Origin: Bacteroidia bacterium
GTDB taxonomy: Bacteria; Bacteroidota; Bacteroidia; UKL13-3
Direction of reading: 5' to 3'
DNA: 64,000 nucleotides
Assembly (NCBI GenBank): GCA_014376805.1
Contig: JACMQU010000178.1
Coordinates: forward strand, 69,181-133,180
The notes beneath the pieces were generated by a model, which was not told the origin of the DNA, made no database searches, and worked only from the letters and a program-made list of their open reading frames with translations. The translations under genes and the position numbers were made by a program. Positions 49,149-57,863 of the stretch are shown one piece after another; positions within the stretch are counted from its first letter, which is position 1; each line of letters starts with the position of its first letter.

Positions 49149-49571
49149 ATGACAGATATACATTCTAACAAAGCACCTGAGCCTGTGGGTCATTATCCTC
49201 ATGCTAAAAAGGTAGGTAACTTATTGTTTTTATCAGGGGTAGGGCCACGCGAGCGCAACACCAAAAAAATACCGGGAGTAGAGCTGGATGCGTTGGGTAA
49301 AATTATTTCTTATGATATAGCCGAACAATGTCACTCCGTTTTTAAAAATATCAGAATGATACTTGAAGATGCAGGGAGTAGTTGGGATCAAATTATAGAT
49401 GTAACTGTTTTTTTAACTAATATGAAAGATGATTTTTCAATTTATAATAAGTTGTGGGCCGAATACTTTAATGAAAATCCACCGTGCCGCACCACCATTG
49501 AAATTAATTGTTTGCCAACCCCAATTGCTATTGAATTAAAAGTAATGGCAACTGTTAACACAGCAAAATAA
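49149..49571 (+). CDS. RidA/YjgF family enamine/imine deaminase
   Basis: 140 aa. APEPVGHYPHAKKVGNLLFLSG start and a C-terminal RTTIEI-type motif typical of RidA. Confidence 0.85.
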   Translation: MTDIHSNKAPEPVGHYPHAKKVGNLLFLSGVGPRERNTKKIPGVELDALGKIISYDIAEQCHSVFKNIRMILEDAGSSWDQIIDVTVFLTNMKDDFSIYNKLWAEYFNENPPCRTTIEINCLPTPIAIELKVMATVNTAK

Positions 49572-49595
49572 ATTTTGCTTTTGCATTCTTGTTTT
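49562..49595 (+). terminator. weak AT-rich hairpin plus T-tract at the RidA stop codon
   Basis: AGCAAAAT-aa-ATTTTGCT (49562-49579) followed by TTTGCATTCTTGTTTT. The stem is all A/U-rich, so it is weak. Confidence 0.2.
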
Positions 49596-49677
49596 AACAC
49601 GTTTTTTCCTAATCTATAATTTCCTTTTATTTTACAGGTAAAAAGCTGTACTTTGTTTAAAATTTATATTTCTAATT

Positions 49678-50919
49678 TTGACATTTGATGAATTTTATTT
49701 TGATCCGTTACTGTTAGACGGACTAGATGCAATGGGGTTTACGAAGGCCACCCCGATACAGGAAATGGCAATCCCGGTTATTCTTGATAACAAAGATTTA
49801 ATTGCATGCGCACAAACGGGTACAGGTAAAACTGCTGCTTATGTTTTGCCTATTTTAAATAAAATTGTAGAGTCAGATCATAGCCATTTAAATACGCTGA
49901 TTCTGGTACCTACCAGAGAACTAGCGCAACAAATAGATCAGCAACTTGAAGGTTTTAGCTATTATATTCCAGTGAGTTCAATTCCAATTTATGGTGGTGG
50001 AGATGGTGCAACCTGGGATCAGCAAAAAAAAGCATTACACACAGGTGCAGATATTATTGTAGCAACGCCGGGCCGTTTAATTTCACACCTTGCTTCGGGC
50101 GATATAAAGTTTGATAAGCTGGAGCATTTAATTTTAGATGAAGCAGACAGAATGCTGGATATGGGCTTTTATGATGATATCATTAAAATTATAAGCTACC
50201 TGCCCAAAGAACGCCAAACGCTTATGTTTTCGGCTACTATGCCTCCTAAAATTCGTACCCTGGCCAATAAAATTTTGTTTAAACCCGAGCAGATCAGCAT
50301 TTCTTTATCTAAGCCTGCTGAGGGTATTTTGCAGCAGGCCTATTTAACATACGATGCTCAAAAACTTCCTTTAATCTCTTCTATTTTTACAGGTAAAACA
50401 TATAATACAGTCATCATTTTTGCAGGAACCAAAGAGAAAGTTAAGAGCTTGCAATTTGAATTAAAACGCATTGGCTTAAAAGCTAAATCGTTTCATTCTG
50501 ATCTTGAACAAAAAGAACGTGAAGAGATCATGAATGAGTTTAAAAATAAAAAATTACAGATCATTATAGGTACAGATATTTTGTCGCGGGGTATTGATGT
50601 GGAAGGCGTTGATCTTGTCTTAAATTTTGATGTTCCACCCGATCCGGAAGATTATATACACCGCATTGGAAGAACCGCAAGGGCCGAAAATACTGGCACT
50701 GCCATTACCTTTATCAATGAAAAAGACCAGCGACGGTTTCATGCCATTGAAACATTGATAGAACGTACTATTGAAAAGTTACCATTACCTGAAAGCCTAG
50801 GTGCAGCGCCTTTGTATCAGCCCGAGAAAAAATCAGACAGGCCTTTTTTCAAGAAAAGACCTGCTGGTGACAGACCTCGCCCGCAGGGAAGGCCGGGTTT
50901 GTATAATAAGAAAAGTTAA
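49678..50919 (+). CDS. DEAD-box ATP-dependent RNA helicase
   Basis: Q-motif (FTKATPIQ), AQTGTGKT, DEAD (ILDEADRMLD), SAT, HRIGRTAR, and a C-terminal basic tail. The ORF begins with a TTG codon at 49678; there is no in-frame ATG nearby. Confidence 0.9.
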   Translation: MTFDEFYFDPLLLDGLDAMGFTKATPIQEMAIPVILDNKDLIACAQTGTGKTAAYVLPILNKIVESDHSHLNTLILVPTRELAQQIDQQLEGFSYYIPVSSIPIYGGGDGATWDQQKKALHTGADIIVATPGRLISHLASGDIKFDKLEHLILDEADRMLDMGFYDDIIKIISYLPKERQTLMFSATMPPKIRTLANKILFKPEQISISLSKPAEGILQQAYLTYDAQKLPLISSIFTGKTYNTVIIFAGTKEKVKSLQFELKRIGLKAKSFHSDLEQKEREEIMNEFKNKKLQIIIGTDILSRGIDVEGVDLVLNFDVPPDPEDYIHRIGRTARAENTGTAITFINEKDQRRFHAIETLIERTIEKLPLPESLGAAPLYQPEKKSDRPFFKKRPAGDRPRPQGRPGLYNKKS

Positions 50920-50928
50920 AGAAGGCTT

Positions 50929-51297
50929 TTAGCAAACTGCATTCGGATTCGGATAATTATCACTTTGGTCTTCAAAGGTATTATCTAAACACACAAAATC
51001 TTTTTCAATAAGCAAAAATAACTCATGGCCATTCGCAAGTTTCATCCTGTTTTCAAAGCCTGTAATGTTTGTTTCGGTCCATTCTTTAGCAATAGATTGT
51101 GGTATCAGAAAAATGATTTTATTTTGATGGAAAGAAGCAGATAAACCATTTTCCTCATCACACTTTTCGAGTGCATAATACAATGTACCACCGGCCATTT
51201 CAGTTTGTTCCTCAAGAATACCTGTTCGGGAAAAATTATCAACTTCTGTTTTTGTTAAACGGTATCGTATAGAGTTTCCTTTGATGCGGATTTTCAT
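50929..51297 (-). CDS. hypothetical protein
   Basis: 122 aa ORF convergent with the helicase gene. No recognisable motif. Confidence 0.4.
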   Translation of the reverse strand: MKIRIKGNSIRYRLTKTEVDNFSRTGILEEQTEMAGGTLYYALEKCDEENGLSASFHQNKIIFLIPQSIAKEWTETNITGFENRMKLANGHELFLLIEKDFVCLDNTFEDQSDNYPNPNAVC

Positions 51298-51498
51298 TAA
51301 ATAATTTTTTTTTAGTAAGTTATTTTGATAAACGTTAAAGCTATGTATTTACTTTATTAAAGCCTATAACACAATATAATTATATAGATAAGATTAACTG
51401 TACTAATTTTAAAAAATAAAACACTTATGCATAAATGTCACATCACATATCTTAAAACAAAACATTTATCACTCAACTCCCAACCCATATTTGCTAAC

Positions 51499-52320
51499 TT
51501 ATTCCCCCTTATTCTGCATCAAACTAAAAACATCCTGGCTAAAGCCTGTATTGCTGAACCCACCATCATGAAAAAGATTTTGCATGGTTACCATTCTTGT
51601 CAGATCGCTGAACATTACCACACAATAATCTGCACATGCTTCTGCATTGGCATTACCAAGAGGGGAAAGAGCAGCGGCATAATCAAAGAAGTCGCCAAAG
51701 CCTTTTACACCGCTACCTGCGGTTGTTTTAGTAGGACTTTGTGAGATAGTGTTAATTCTTACTTTTTTGCTTTTGCCGTAATGGTATCCAAAGCTTCTTC
51801 CAATCGATTCGAGTAAAGCTTTTGAGTCTGCCATTTCGCTATAATCAGGAAATACCCGTTGTGCTGCGATATAAGTTAAAGCAACTACAGAACCCCATTC
51901 ACTAATTGCATCCATTTTATAGCAGGTTTGCAATAAACGATGTAGTGAAACTGAGCTGATATCATAAGTTTCGTGTGTCCATTTATAATCCAGATCAGTA
52001 TAGGTGCGCCCTTTACGAATGTTTAAACTCATGCCTACCGAGTGCAAGATAAAATCAACTTTGCCACCCAAGATTTCTAAGGATTGGGTGATAAGGTTTT
52101 CCATGTCTTCATTTTTGCTTACATCACAAGCTATAATTTTTGCGTTGTTACAGGTTTCTGCAAGCTTGTTTATTTCGCCCATTCGCATAGCAATGGGAGC
52201 ATTGGTAAGCACAAATTGCGCACCCTGTTCATGGCATTTTAAAGCCACTTGCCAAGCAATGCTTTTATCGTTTAGTGCTCCAAAGATGATGCCTTTTTTC
52301 CCTTTTAATAAATCATTCAT
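51499..52320 (-). CDS. fabI: enoyl-[acyl-carrier-protein] reductase (NADH), FabI
   Basis: GKKGIIFGALNDKSIAWQ dinucleotide-binding motif, and Y-x6-K placed as in FabI (YGKSK region). 273 aa. Confidence 0.9.
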   Translation of the reverse strand: MNDLLKGKKGIIFGALNDKSIAWQVALKCHEQGAQFVLTNAPIAMRMGEINKLAETCNNAKIIACDVSKNEDMENLITQSLEILGGKVDFILHSVGMSLNIRKGRTYTDLDYKWTHETYDISSVSLHRLLQTCYKMDAISEWGSVVALTYIAAQRVFPDYSEMADSKALLESIGRSFGYHYGKSKKVRINTISQSPTKTTAGSGVKGFGDFFDYAAALSPLGNANAEACADYCVVMFSDLTRMVTMQNLFHDGGFSNTGFSQDVFSLMQNKGE

Positions 52321-52330
52321 TTTTAATATT

Positions 52331-52349
52331 TTTTAGCGATGAGCTAAAA
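52331..52349. promoter_or_regulatory. palindrome TTTTAGC-N5-GCTAAAA immediately upstream of fabI
   Basis: Perfect 7-bp inverted repeat at 52331-52337 and 52343-52349, 11-29 bp upstream of the fabI start codon (52318-52320, minus strand). Confidence 0.25.
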
Positions 52350-52486
52350 TTTGTAGTGCAAGTTTAACTTTTTTAACCTGTTCCTTGCAATAGTTGTTAA
52401 AATTTCGCTTTTTTAATTATAATATTTACTTTGGCTGAAATTTACCAATCTGCAGGCATTGATAAATTAGTCATTAACTTTTCATC

Positions 52487-54112
52487 ATGTGTTCAATCAA
52501 ACAATCCATTTTATTTTTATTTTTTCTTTTATCATTATGTGCTCAGGCTCAAAATGATTTACGCTATAAAAAACTTCAAGGGGGCCTCAGTAAATTAAGA
52601 AAGTCTTTTGATGTGCGCTCCTACTGCATTACTTTAAAAGTATTGCCTGAGAAACGCTCGATAGAAGGAATAAACGATATTACTTTTAAGGTTATAAAAC
52701 CATTGAAAGTATTACAGCTTAACTTGTTTGACAACTTACTTATCTCCAATATTATTTTCGAAGGCAATACTGTTTCTTATACAAGAGATAGTAATACATT
52801 GTATGTAAAGTTGCCCCGTAAATTAAATAAGCATGATTCGGCCCATGTAATTATTTATTATTATGGCATACCTGTTTTAGCAAAAAATGCTCCGTGGGAT
52901 GGTGGTTTTGTGTGGAGTAAGGATAGTATGGGTATGCCCTGGATTGGGCTTGCATGTGAAGGCATTGGGGCATCATGCTGGTTGCCTTGTAAAGATCATT
53001 GGAGCGATGAACCCGAACAGGTAATTATGAACCTGCAGGTGCCAACAGGATTAACCGGCGTAAGCAATGGCCGGCTAATGAGTCAACGCAATCTGCCTAA
53101 TGGTTACACCGAGTTTCAATGGATGGTTACCTATTCTATTAACCATTATAACATTTCCGTAAATATTGCAAATTATGAACATGTGCAGGATTTATACCTC
53201 AATCCTTCTTATGGAAATTTAACATTAGATTATTATGTATTAAAGGGGAATGGTGCCGCTGCTAAAGTGCATTTTCAGCAAACCAAAAGAATGCTGCAAG
53301 CTTTTGAACATTACTTTGGTCCTTATCCGTTCAGAAATGATGGTTATAAGTTAGTAGAAACACCTTACTGGGGTATGGAACACCAGAGTTGTATAGCGTA
53401 TGGTAATAACTATGTAAACAATAAATTCGGTTTCGATTTTATTATCATTCATGAAAGCGGTCATGAGTGGTTTGCCAATAGTCTTACGGCAAATGATAAA
53501 GCTGATATGTGGCTGCATGAGAGTTTTACCACCTACAGTGAAGCCTTATATGTAGAGAAGCAATTTGGATTGGGTAGGGCAATTCCTTATCTGGCAGGGC
53601 AAAAGGGCAACATCAAAAACGAATTGCCTTTAATTGGCGTAAGAGATATTGCTTATAGCAGGCCAGATAATGATATTTATTATAAAGGTGCGTGGATACT
53701 TCATACGATGAGAAGCATGCTTGATAATGATAGCCTTTGGTTCAATACCTTATATGATCTCTCCATGCACTTTCGCTATTCAGTTACCACAAGCAGAGAG
53801 GTGGAAAAATTTTTAATAAGAAGATCAGGATATAATTTCAGTAAGTTTTTTGATCAGTATTTGTATCATGCAAAGTTACCTGTTTTTGAATATTATATTG
53901 AACCAAAGAATGGATTAAATGAATTGCATTATCGTTTGGTATCGAATGTTAGTGGACTGGAGATGCCAGTTAAAGTTACCCTTTTAAAAGATAATTATGA
54001 TTTTGTAACTGCCGGCAAAAAGTGGCAGATTTATGATTTACCTTACAGCGATGCGGAGAGTTTTAAAATTGATCTGAATCGTTTTTTGATAGGGGTAAAA
54101 AAAATTAAATGA
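52487..54112 (+). CDS. secreted M1-family zinc metallopeptidase (aminopeptidase N-like)
   Basis: Signal peptide, HEXXH (HESGHEW) and the downstream glutamate (WLHESFTTY) spaced as in the M1 gluzincin family. Confidence 0.8.
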   Translation: MCSIKQSILFLFFLLSLCAQAQNDLRYKKLQGGLSKLRKSFDVRSYCITLKVLPEKRSIEGINDITFKVIKPLKVLQLNLFDNLLISNIIFEGNTVSYTRDSNTLYVKLPRKLNKHDSAHVIIYYYGIPVLAKNAPWDGGFVWSKDSMGMPWIGLACEGIGASCWLPCKDHWSDEPEQVIMNLQVPTGLTGVSNGRLMSQRNLPNGYTEFQWMVTYSINHYNISVNIANYEHVQDLYLNPSYGNLTLDYYVLKGNGAAAKVHFQQTKRMLQAFEHYFGPYPFRNDGYKLVETPYWGMEHQSCIAYGNNYVNNKFGFDFIIIHESGHEWFANSLTANDKADMWLHESFTTYSEALYVEKQFGLGRAIPYLAGQKGNIKNELPLIGVRDIAYSRPDNDIYYKGAWILHTMRSMLDNDSLWFNTLYDLSMHFRYSVTTSREVEKFLIRRSGYNFSKFFDQYLYHAKLPVFEYYIEPKNGLNELHYRLVSNVSGLEMPVKVTLLKDNYDFVTAGKKWQIYDLPYSDAESFKIDLNRFLIGVKKIK

Positions 54113-54145
54113 CATAAAAATTGAAAGAAATAGCATCTTTATAAA

Positions 54146-55021
54146 TCACTTAAAATCATTCAGCATTTGAGGTTGTTTTTCCCATATACCTTTTTTCCAA
54201 ATCAGATAATCAAAACTACCATCAGGAAAATAAAATTCAAAGTTACCGGTGTTTAATTGTTTATCGGGTACAATGTTTTCGTAAATCAGGTATTTTTTTG
54301 CTTCATCATAACGCAAAGCCATCGTGGCTTTGTCGTTAAACTCAAATACCATTCTGTAAAATTTATTTTTCTTTTTGAGATCAAAAACCGGTGCGCCAAA
54401 TATTGGCGTACCATTTAAAAATACCAGTATATCCGCAATTTTTTTATTGCTTTTAGGTCCGCAACCATCCCACCCCAGCAGGGTATAATAATCCTGTTTC
54501 TTATCTGAGGTTTTTATGATCTTATAATAAGCTGCCCCAAACCAGTGATCTGTGTCCACCGTTTTAAAAAGAAAGTTTTGTATGCTGTCACTCCGGTCTA
54601 TTAATGGATAAAAATCTTTGTAGATAGGTAACTTTGTATCCGGTGTTTTATTTTTTTTGGGATTCATTTGGATCACCCCAAAATACCTGAATTTTTCATC
54701 ATTGGTAGCTACATTCCAGGTAATTATTCTGAACAAATCATCTGGTGCTTTAATGATCAGTACAGTTTTTAACGAATCAAAATTAAAAAAATAGGAGTTG
54801 TTTATTTTTAAGGCCCTTGCCATGTGGCGGATAAATTGTTTACCGGAAGTAAGGCGGGTATCTTCATCATAACTTCTCACCATGTTCTGGCTAAGGCCAC
54901 TCATTCTTATCTCAAAATTACGCAACGAATCCATGGTTAATGAATCCAGTGTCTGACCATTTATGAATGAGGTGAAGGAAAGTCCGCAAATTAAAAAAAA
55001 AATATTTATTTTATTCATCAT
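54146..55021 (-). CDS. secreted hypothetical protein
   Basis: 291 aa with signal peptide (FFLICGLSFTSFINGQ). No recognised domain. Confidence 0.45.
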   Translation of the reverse strand: MMNKINIFFLICGLSFTSFINGQTLDSLTMDSLRNFEIRMSGLSQNMVRSYDEDTRLTSGKQFIRHMARALKINNSYFFNFDSLKTVLIIKAPDDLFRIITWNVATNDEKFRYFGVIQMNPKKNKTPDTKLPIYKDFYPLIDRSDSIQNFLFKTVDTDHWFGAAYYKIIKTSDKKQDYYTLLGWDGCGPKSNKKIADILVFLNGTPIFGAPVFDLKKKNKFYRMVFEFNDKATMALRYDEAKKYLIYENIVPDKQLNTGNFEFYFPDGSFDYLIWKKGIWEKQPQMLNDFK

Positions 55022-55089
55022 ATTAAAACGAAAGGCAACCCAAATGGATTGCCTTTCAAAATAAAGTACATAAAGCAGACTTTTATTTT

Positions 55090-56274
55090 TTAGTTATTAA
55101 CAGATTCCAGTACAATTGCCGATGCGCCGCCGCCGCCATTACAAATACCGGTAACACCGTACCGGGCACCTTCTCTGCGAAGCATGTTGGCAAGGGTAAC
55201 CACAATTCTTGAACCGCTACTTCCGATTGGATGGCCTAAAGCAATAGCACCACCATACATATTAACTTTGGCAGGATCAAGCCCTAATATTTTATTATTT
55301 ACCAAACCTACAACAGCAAAAGCCTCGTTGAGTTCAAATAAATCAATGTCTTTAATATCTAAACCTGCCCATTTTAATGCTTTAGGAATGGCAATAGAAG
55401 GAGTAGTTGTAAACCATTCAGGAGCTTGTGCTGCATCAGCAAATGCTATAATTTTAGCCAATGGTTTTACTCCAAGTTCTTTTACTTTTTCTTCACTCAT
55501 CAATACCAGTGCACTGGCACCATCATTTAATTTAGAGGCATTGGCAGCGGTAATGGTCCCATCTTTTTCAAAAGCAGGTTTAAGTGTTTTTAATTTATCA
55601 AAGTTTACTTTAGTATATTCTTCATCAACACCTACCATAACCGGATCTTTGCCCCTTACCGGTATTTCTACAGGTACAAGCTCATCGGCAAATGCATTAT
55701 TTTCGTAAGCCTTTTTGGCGCGGGTATAGCTTTCTATAGCGTAATTGTCTTGGTCTTCACGGGATATTTTGTATTCGCGTGCACAAATTTCGCCGGCATT
55801 ACCCATGTGAAAATCGTTGTAAACATCCCACAAACCATCTTTAATTACACCGTCAATAAGTGTTCCATGTCCTAAACGATAACCATTGCGGGCTTTATCA
55901 AGGTAATAAGGAACATTGCTCATGCTTTCCATACCACCGGCAACTACAATATCATTAATTCCCAGCATAATAGTTTGAGCAGCCATCATAATAGCTTTTG
56001 AACCCGAAGCACATACTTTATTGATAACTGTTGAGGGAACAGTATTGGGAATACCTGCATAAATCATAGCCTGTGTAGCAGGAGCCTGCCCTATACCTGC
56101 TGAAATTACATTGCCCATAAAAACTTCCTGAACCTGCTCAGGTGTAATTCCGGCTTTTTGAAGAGCACCTTTAATAGCTGTAGCTCCTAATTGAGTGGCA
56201 CTTACTGCAGCCAGGGAGCCATTAAATGAACCTATGGGTGTTCGCGCTGTTGAAACGATATAAACAGTTTTCAT
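55090..56274 (-). CDS. acetyl-CoA C-acetyltransferase (thiolase II)
   Basis: Thiolase motifs NKVCASGSKAIM (active-site Cys), NEAFA and GICNGGGGASA. The track ORF extends to 56430, but the conserved N-terminus MKTVYIVSTARTPIGSF starts at the ATG at 56272-56274. Confidence 0.85.
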   Translation of the reverse strand: MKTVYIVSTARTPIGSFNGSLAAVSATQLGATAIKGALQKAGITPEQVQEVFMGNVISAGIGQAPATQAMIYAGIPNTVPSTVINKVCASGSKAIMMAAQTIMLGINDIVVAGGMESMSNVPYYLDKARNGYRLGHGTLIDGVIKDGLWDVYNDFHMGNAGEICAREYKISREDQDNYAIESYTRAKKAYENNAFADELVPVEIPVRGKDPVMVGVDEEYTKVNFDKLKTLKPAFEKDGTITAANASKLNDGASALVLMSEEKVKELGVKPLAKIIAFADAAQAPEWFTTTPSIAIPKALKWAGLDIKDIDLFELNEAFAVVGLVNNKILGLDPAKVNMYGGAIALGHPIGSSGSRIVVTLANMLRREGARYGVTGICNGGGGASAIVLESVNN

Positions 56275-56346
56275 ATTCGAAAAATAAATTAAACTAAATT
56301 TTGTGCGGCAAATGTATGATTTTACCTTTACGAATAAATATTTTCT

Positions 56347-57051
56347 ATGAATCGTTTTAATCTTTATGGGGATTTGCTTTTTGAAAGCATAAAAATTATT
56401 GGAACCAAACCTCAACATCTTACAAGACATTTTTCAAGATTAATGAAAGGTGCTGCCTTATTAAACTTTGAAACTGATAGTTTTGACTTTGATATTTTTG
56501 AGAAAGAAATAATAAATTCTATAAAGAAATACTTCCGGTTAAAATCTAATAATTCAAACATCGCAAGGCTTCGTTTTGTTTTATACAGGAATGCCAATGG
56601 CTTTTATTTGCCCGATTCAAACAAGGTAAATTTCTACACAGAAATATTTTCTTTCGAACCTTCATTATCAATTGAACCTGTTAGCGTTGGCATATATGCT
56701 GAGCAGGCAAAAGCACCAGGACCTTTAGCGGGAATTAAATCGGGTAATGCTCTTATTTATGTGCTGGCAAGTATCAGGGCAAAGGAAAATAAACTGGATG
56801 ATATGCTTATTTTAAACACTAATGGAAACATTATTGAAAGCACTTCATCAAATATTTTCTGGTTTAGCAATGGAAAATGGTTTACACCTCCTTTAAAAGA
56901 CGGATGTGTGGCAGGGATTATGCGCGAAATATTTATGGAAGAAAATGTGGTTACAGAAAAATCGTGTTCACTTAATGATTTAATAAATGCCGATAAAAGA
57001 CAGTTAAGTAATGCAATACAAGGAATTCGTGATTTTGTAATTATAACCTGA
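56347..57051 (+). CDS. class IV aminotransferase-fold protein (aminodeoxychorismate lyase-like)
   Basis: 234 aa. N-terminal region resembles PabC/BCAT fold IV proteins. Weak, read by eye. Confidence 0.45.
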   Translation: MNRFNLYGDLLFESIKIIGTKPQHLTRHFSRLMKGAALLNFETDSFDFDIFEKEIINSIKKYFRLKSNNSNIARLRFVLYRNANGFYLPDSNKVNFYTEIFSFEPSLSIEPVSVGIYAEQAKAPGPLAGIKSGNALIYVLASIRAKENKLDDMLILNTNGNIIESTSSNIFWFSNGKWFTPPLKDGCVAGIMREIFMEENVVTEKSCSLNDLINADKRQLSNAIQGIRDFVIIT

Positions 57052-57137
57052 CAAATTCTTGAAAACAGATATGCTTATACCCATTGTTATTTAAATTATT
57101 GTGGTAATTATACCGAATAGTAGTTTAAATTTGCAGC

Positions 57138-57863
57138 ATGGATAAGCCTAAAGTAAAACCTTTCAAATCATTTATTATTGAAGAAGATGAACATTTTGTT
57201 TTTATAAATAAACCCGCAAATTATTCTTCTCTTGATGACCGCCATGGTGATGTATTTTCAATTATTAAGCAGGCAAAAAAACATGATGAAAATTTACAAT
57301 TATGCCATAGACTTGATAAAGAAACAAGTGGGGTTATGGTGATTGCAAAAAATGAAGTTGTTTACAGAGAGATGTCGATGTGTTTTGAAAAACGACTGGT
57401 AGAAAAAGTATACCATGCAGTGGTAAATGGTGTTTTAAATGTAACTGATCAGAAAATAGTGTTGCCATTGGGTCAAACCGCTAAAGGCATGGCAAAAATT
57501 GATATGAAAGATGGTAAGCCCTCCACAACTATTGTAACCACATTAAAAAATTACAGACATTATTCGCTTCTTTCCTGCAAACCTGTTACAGGTAGAATGC
57601 ATCAGATAAGAATTCACCTTGCATCACAAAATTTCCCTTTGGTTGCCGATCCTGCCTATGGAGGTAAAATGCCATTTCTTTCTCATATTAAACCTAATTT
57701 TAAAGAAGGCAAATGGGAGAATGAAGAGCCCATGATGAAACGTGTTGCTCTGCATTCCTATTCCATACATTTTACCTTGTTTGAAAAAGAATACAATGTT
57801 GTGGCACCTTATCCAAAAGACTTTGCTGTATTACTTAAGCAACTTGATAAATTTGACAGTTAA
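57138..57863 (+). CDS. RluA-family pseudouridine synthase
   Basis: HRLDKETSGVMVIAK catalytic Asp motif, and a downstream MHQIRIH motif. Confidence 0.85.
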   Translation: MDKPKVKPFKSFIIEEDEHFVFINKPANYSSLDDRHGDVFSIIKQAKKHDENLQLCHRLDKETSGVMVIAKNEVVYREMSMCFEKRLVEKVYHAVVNGVLNVTDQKIVLPLGQTAKGMAKIDMKDGKPSTTIVTTLKNYRHYSLLSCKPVTGRMHQIRIHLASQNFPLVADPAYGGKMPFLSHIKPNFKEGKWENEEPMMKRVALHSYSIHFTLFEKEYNVVAPYPKDFAVLLKQLDKFDS

